A DNA stretch of 64,000 bases, taken from the NCBI GenBank assembly GCA_030390025.1, contig CM059430.1, forward strand, positions 72,664,001-72,728,000, read 5' to 3'. Source of the DNA: Squalus acanthias. Taxonomy: Eukaryota. Shown here one piece after another: positions 63,021-64,000 of the stretch. Position numbers and translations under genes: made by a program. A model generated the notes under the pieces. It ran no database searches. It was not told the origin of the DNA and saw only the letters and a list, made by a program, of their open reading frames with translations. Every line of letters starts with the position of its first letter. Within the stretch, counting starts at the first letter, position 1.

Positions 63021-64000
63021 AAAATATATTTGCTTAGAGCTGAGGAGCAGAAGAAAAACTGTTACTCTGCTGGGTGTATGTAAAGACCACCAAATATTAG
63101 TAAGAATATAGAGGAGCATGTCTGCAAGCAAATTTCAGAAATATGTAAATATGATAGGTTACTGATAATCGGGGACTTTACTTATCCTAATATGGACTGG
63201 GGAAACATTGTGAAGTGCAAAGATGGGGAGGAAAACCTAAAATGTATACAGGAGTACTTTATTGATCAGTAAGCAACTTGGCAAACGAGGAAGGAAGCAG
63301 TGCTGGCTCTAGTTCTAGGGAATGGACTGGGTCAAATGGAGCATGTTTCAGTGGCAGAGTATCTGGGAAACAGTGATCGCAATGTCATTATGTTTAGAGT
63401 AGTAATGGAAAGGAACAGGAACAATCAAACGTGAAGATTCCAAACTGGAAGAGGGCCAATTTCAGTGAGTTGAATGTGCATCTGACTCAGTTCGACTGGA
63501 AAAGATTGGCAGACAAAACCGTAAATGAGCAATGGGAGGCCATCAAAGAACAGATAGTGCGGGTACAGACTAAAGACATTCCTTGGAGGGGGACTGGAGG
63601 TTCATCCAAAAATAGAGTTCCCTGGATAACTAAAGATCTTGAGATTAAAATGAAGCAGAAAAAAGGAGTCGTATAACAACAGGTTCATAATTTAGTGGAG
63701 CATCAAGCAGAATACAGAAAGTGCAGAGGAACACTTAGAAAGTGAAATACGAGGAGCAATGTGAATGAATGAGAAAAGAATAGCGGGTAAGATACAAGAG
63801 AACACAGACGTCTTTTATGAACATATAAAGATTAAAAGGATAGTCAAAGCAGGTTTGGGGCCGATTCGGGACCAAAAAGGAAATCTTCTCTTGAAGGCAG
63901 AGAGCAAGGCTAAGGTACTAAATGAGTAGGATACTATTATTGCAGTAAAGGAGGAGGGATTAAAAAAGGATCAAATGGATAAATAGGAGGTAATTGAAAG

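Larger units (their letters stand above)
59320..64000 (+). mobile_element. CR1 LINE (ORF1 end and ORF2 APE), split by the Harbinger element at 60025-63020; runs off the window
   Basis: VNAWLEN and YKLDGLHL; YVNAQS and ALMETWL before 60024; GDFTYPNMDW and PNWKRANF after 63021. Confidence 0.88.

Overview
Vertebrate genomic DNA, most likely from a cartilaginous fish; this is inferred from the repeat complement (CR1 LINEs with esterase ORF1, a Deu-domain SINE, Penelope-derived short elements and many Harbinger transposons). The only host gene found is on the minus strand at 4573-16327. It has 7 exons and encodes a 351-aa type I immunoglobulin-superfamily receptor: leader, a germline-joined VJ-type V domain, one C1-set domain, an uncharged TM segment and a tail with four tyrosine motifs built from a duplicated exon. 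This is an antigen-receptor-like VJ-C1 ectodomain on a SIRPalpha-like inhibitory tail. All splice sites are GT-AG and in phase. About 0.7 kb upstream lies a 4.5-kb minisatellite with a 20-bp unit. The rest of the window is nested transposon debris: several CR1 copies (three near full length), a second APE-RT LINE family, an L2 fragment, four PIF/Harbinger elements plus MITEs, a Penelope-like GIY-YIG fragment, four short Penelope-type insertions carrying complete or partial minimal hammerhead-ribozyme motifs, and a DeuSINE. An AT-rich stretch at about 39.6-41.2 kb may be a heavily decayed env-like ORF (weak). Most ORF-track entries are antisense or frame-shifted shadows of these repeats. Repeat boundaries are approximate unless a TSD or TIR is quoted.
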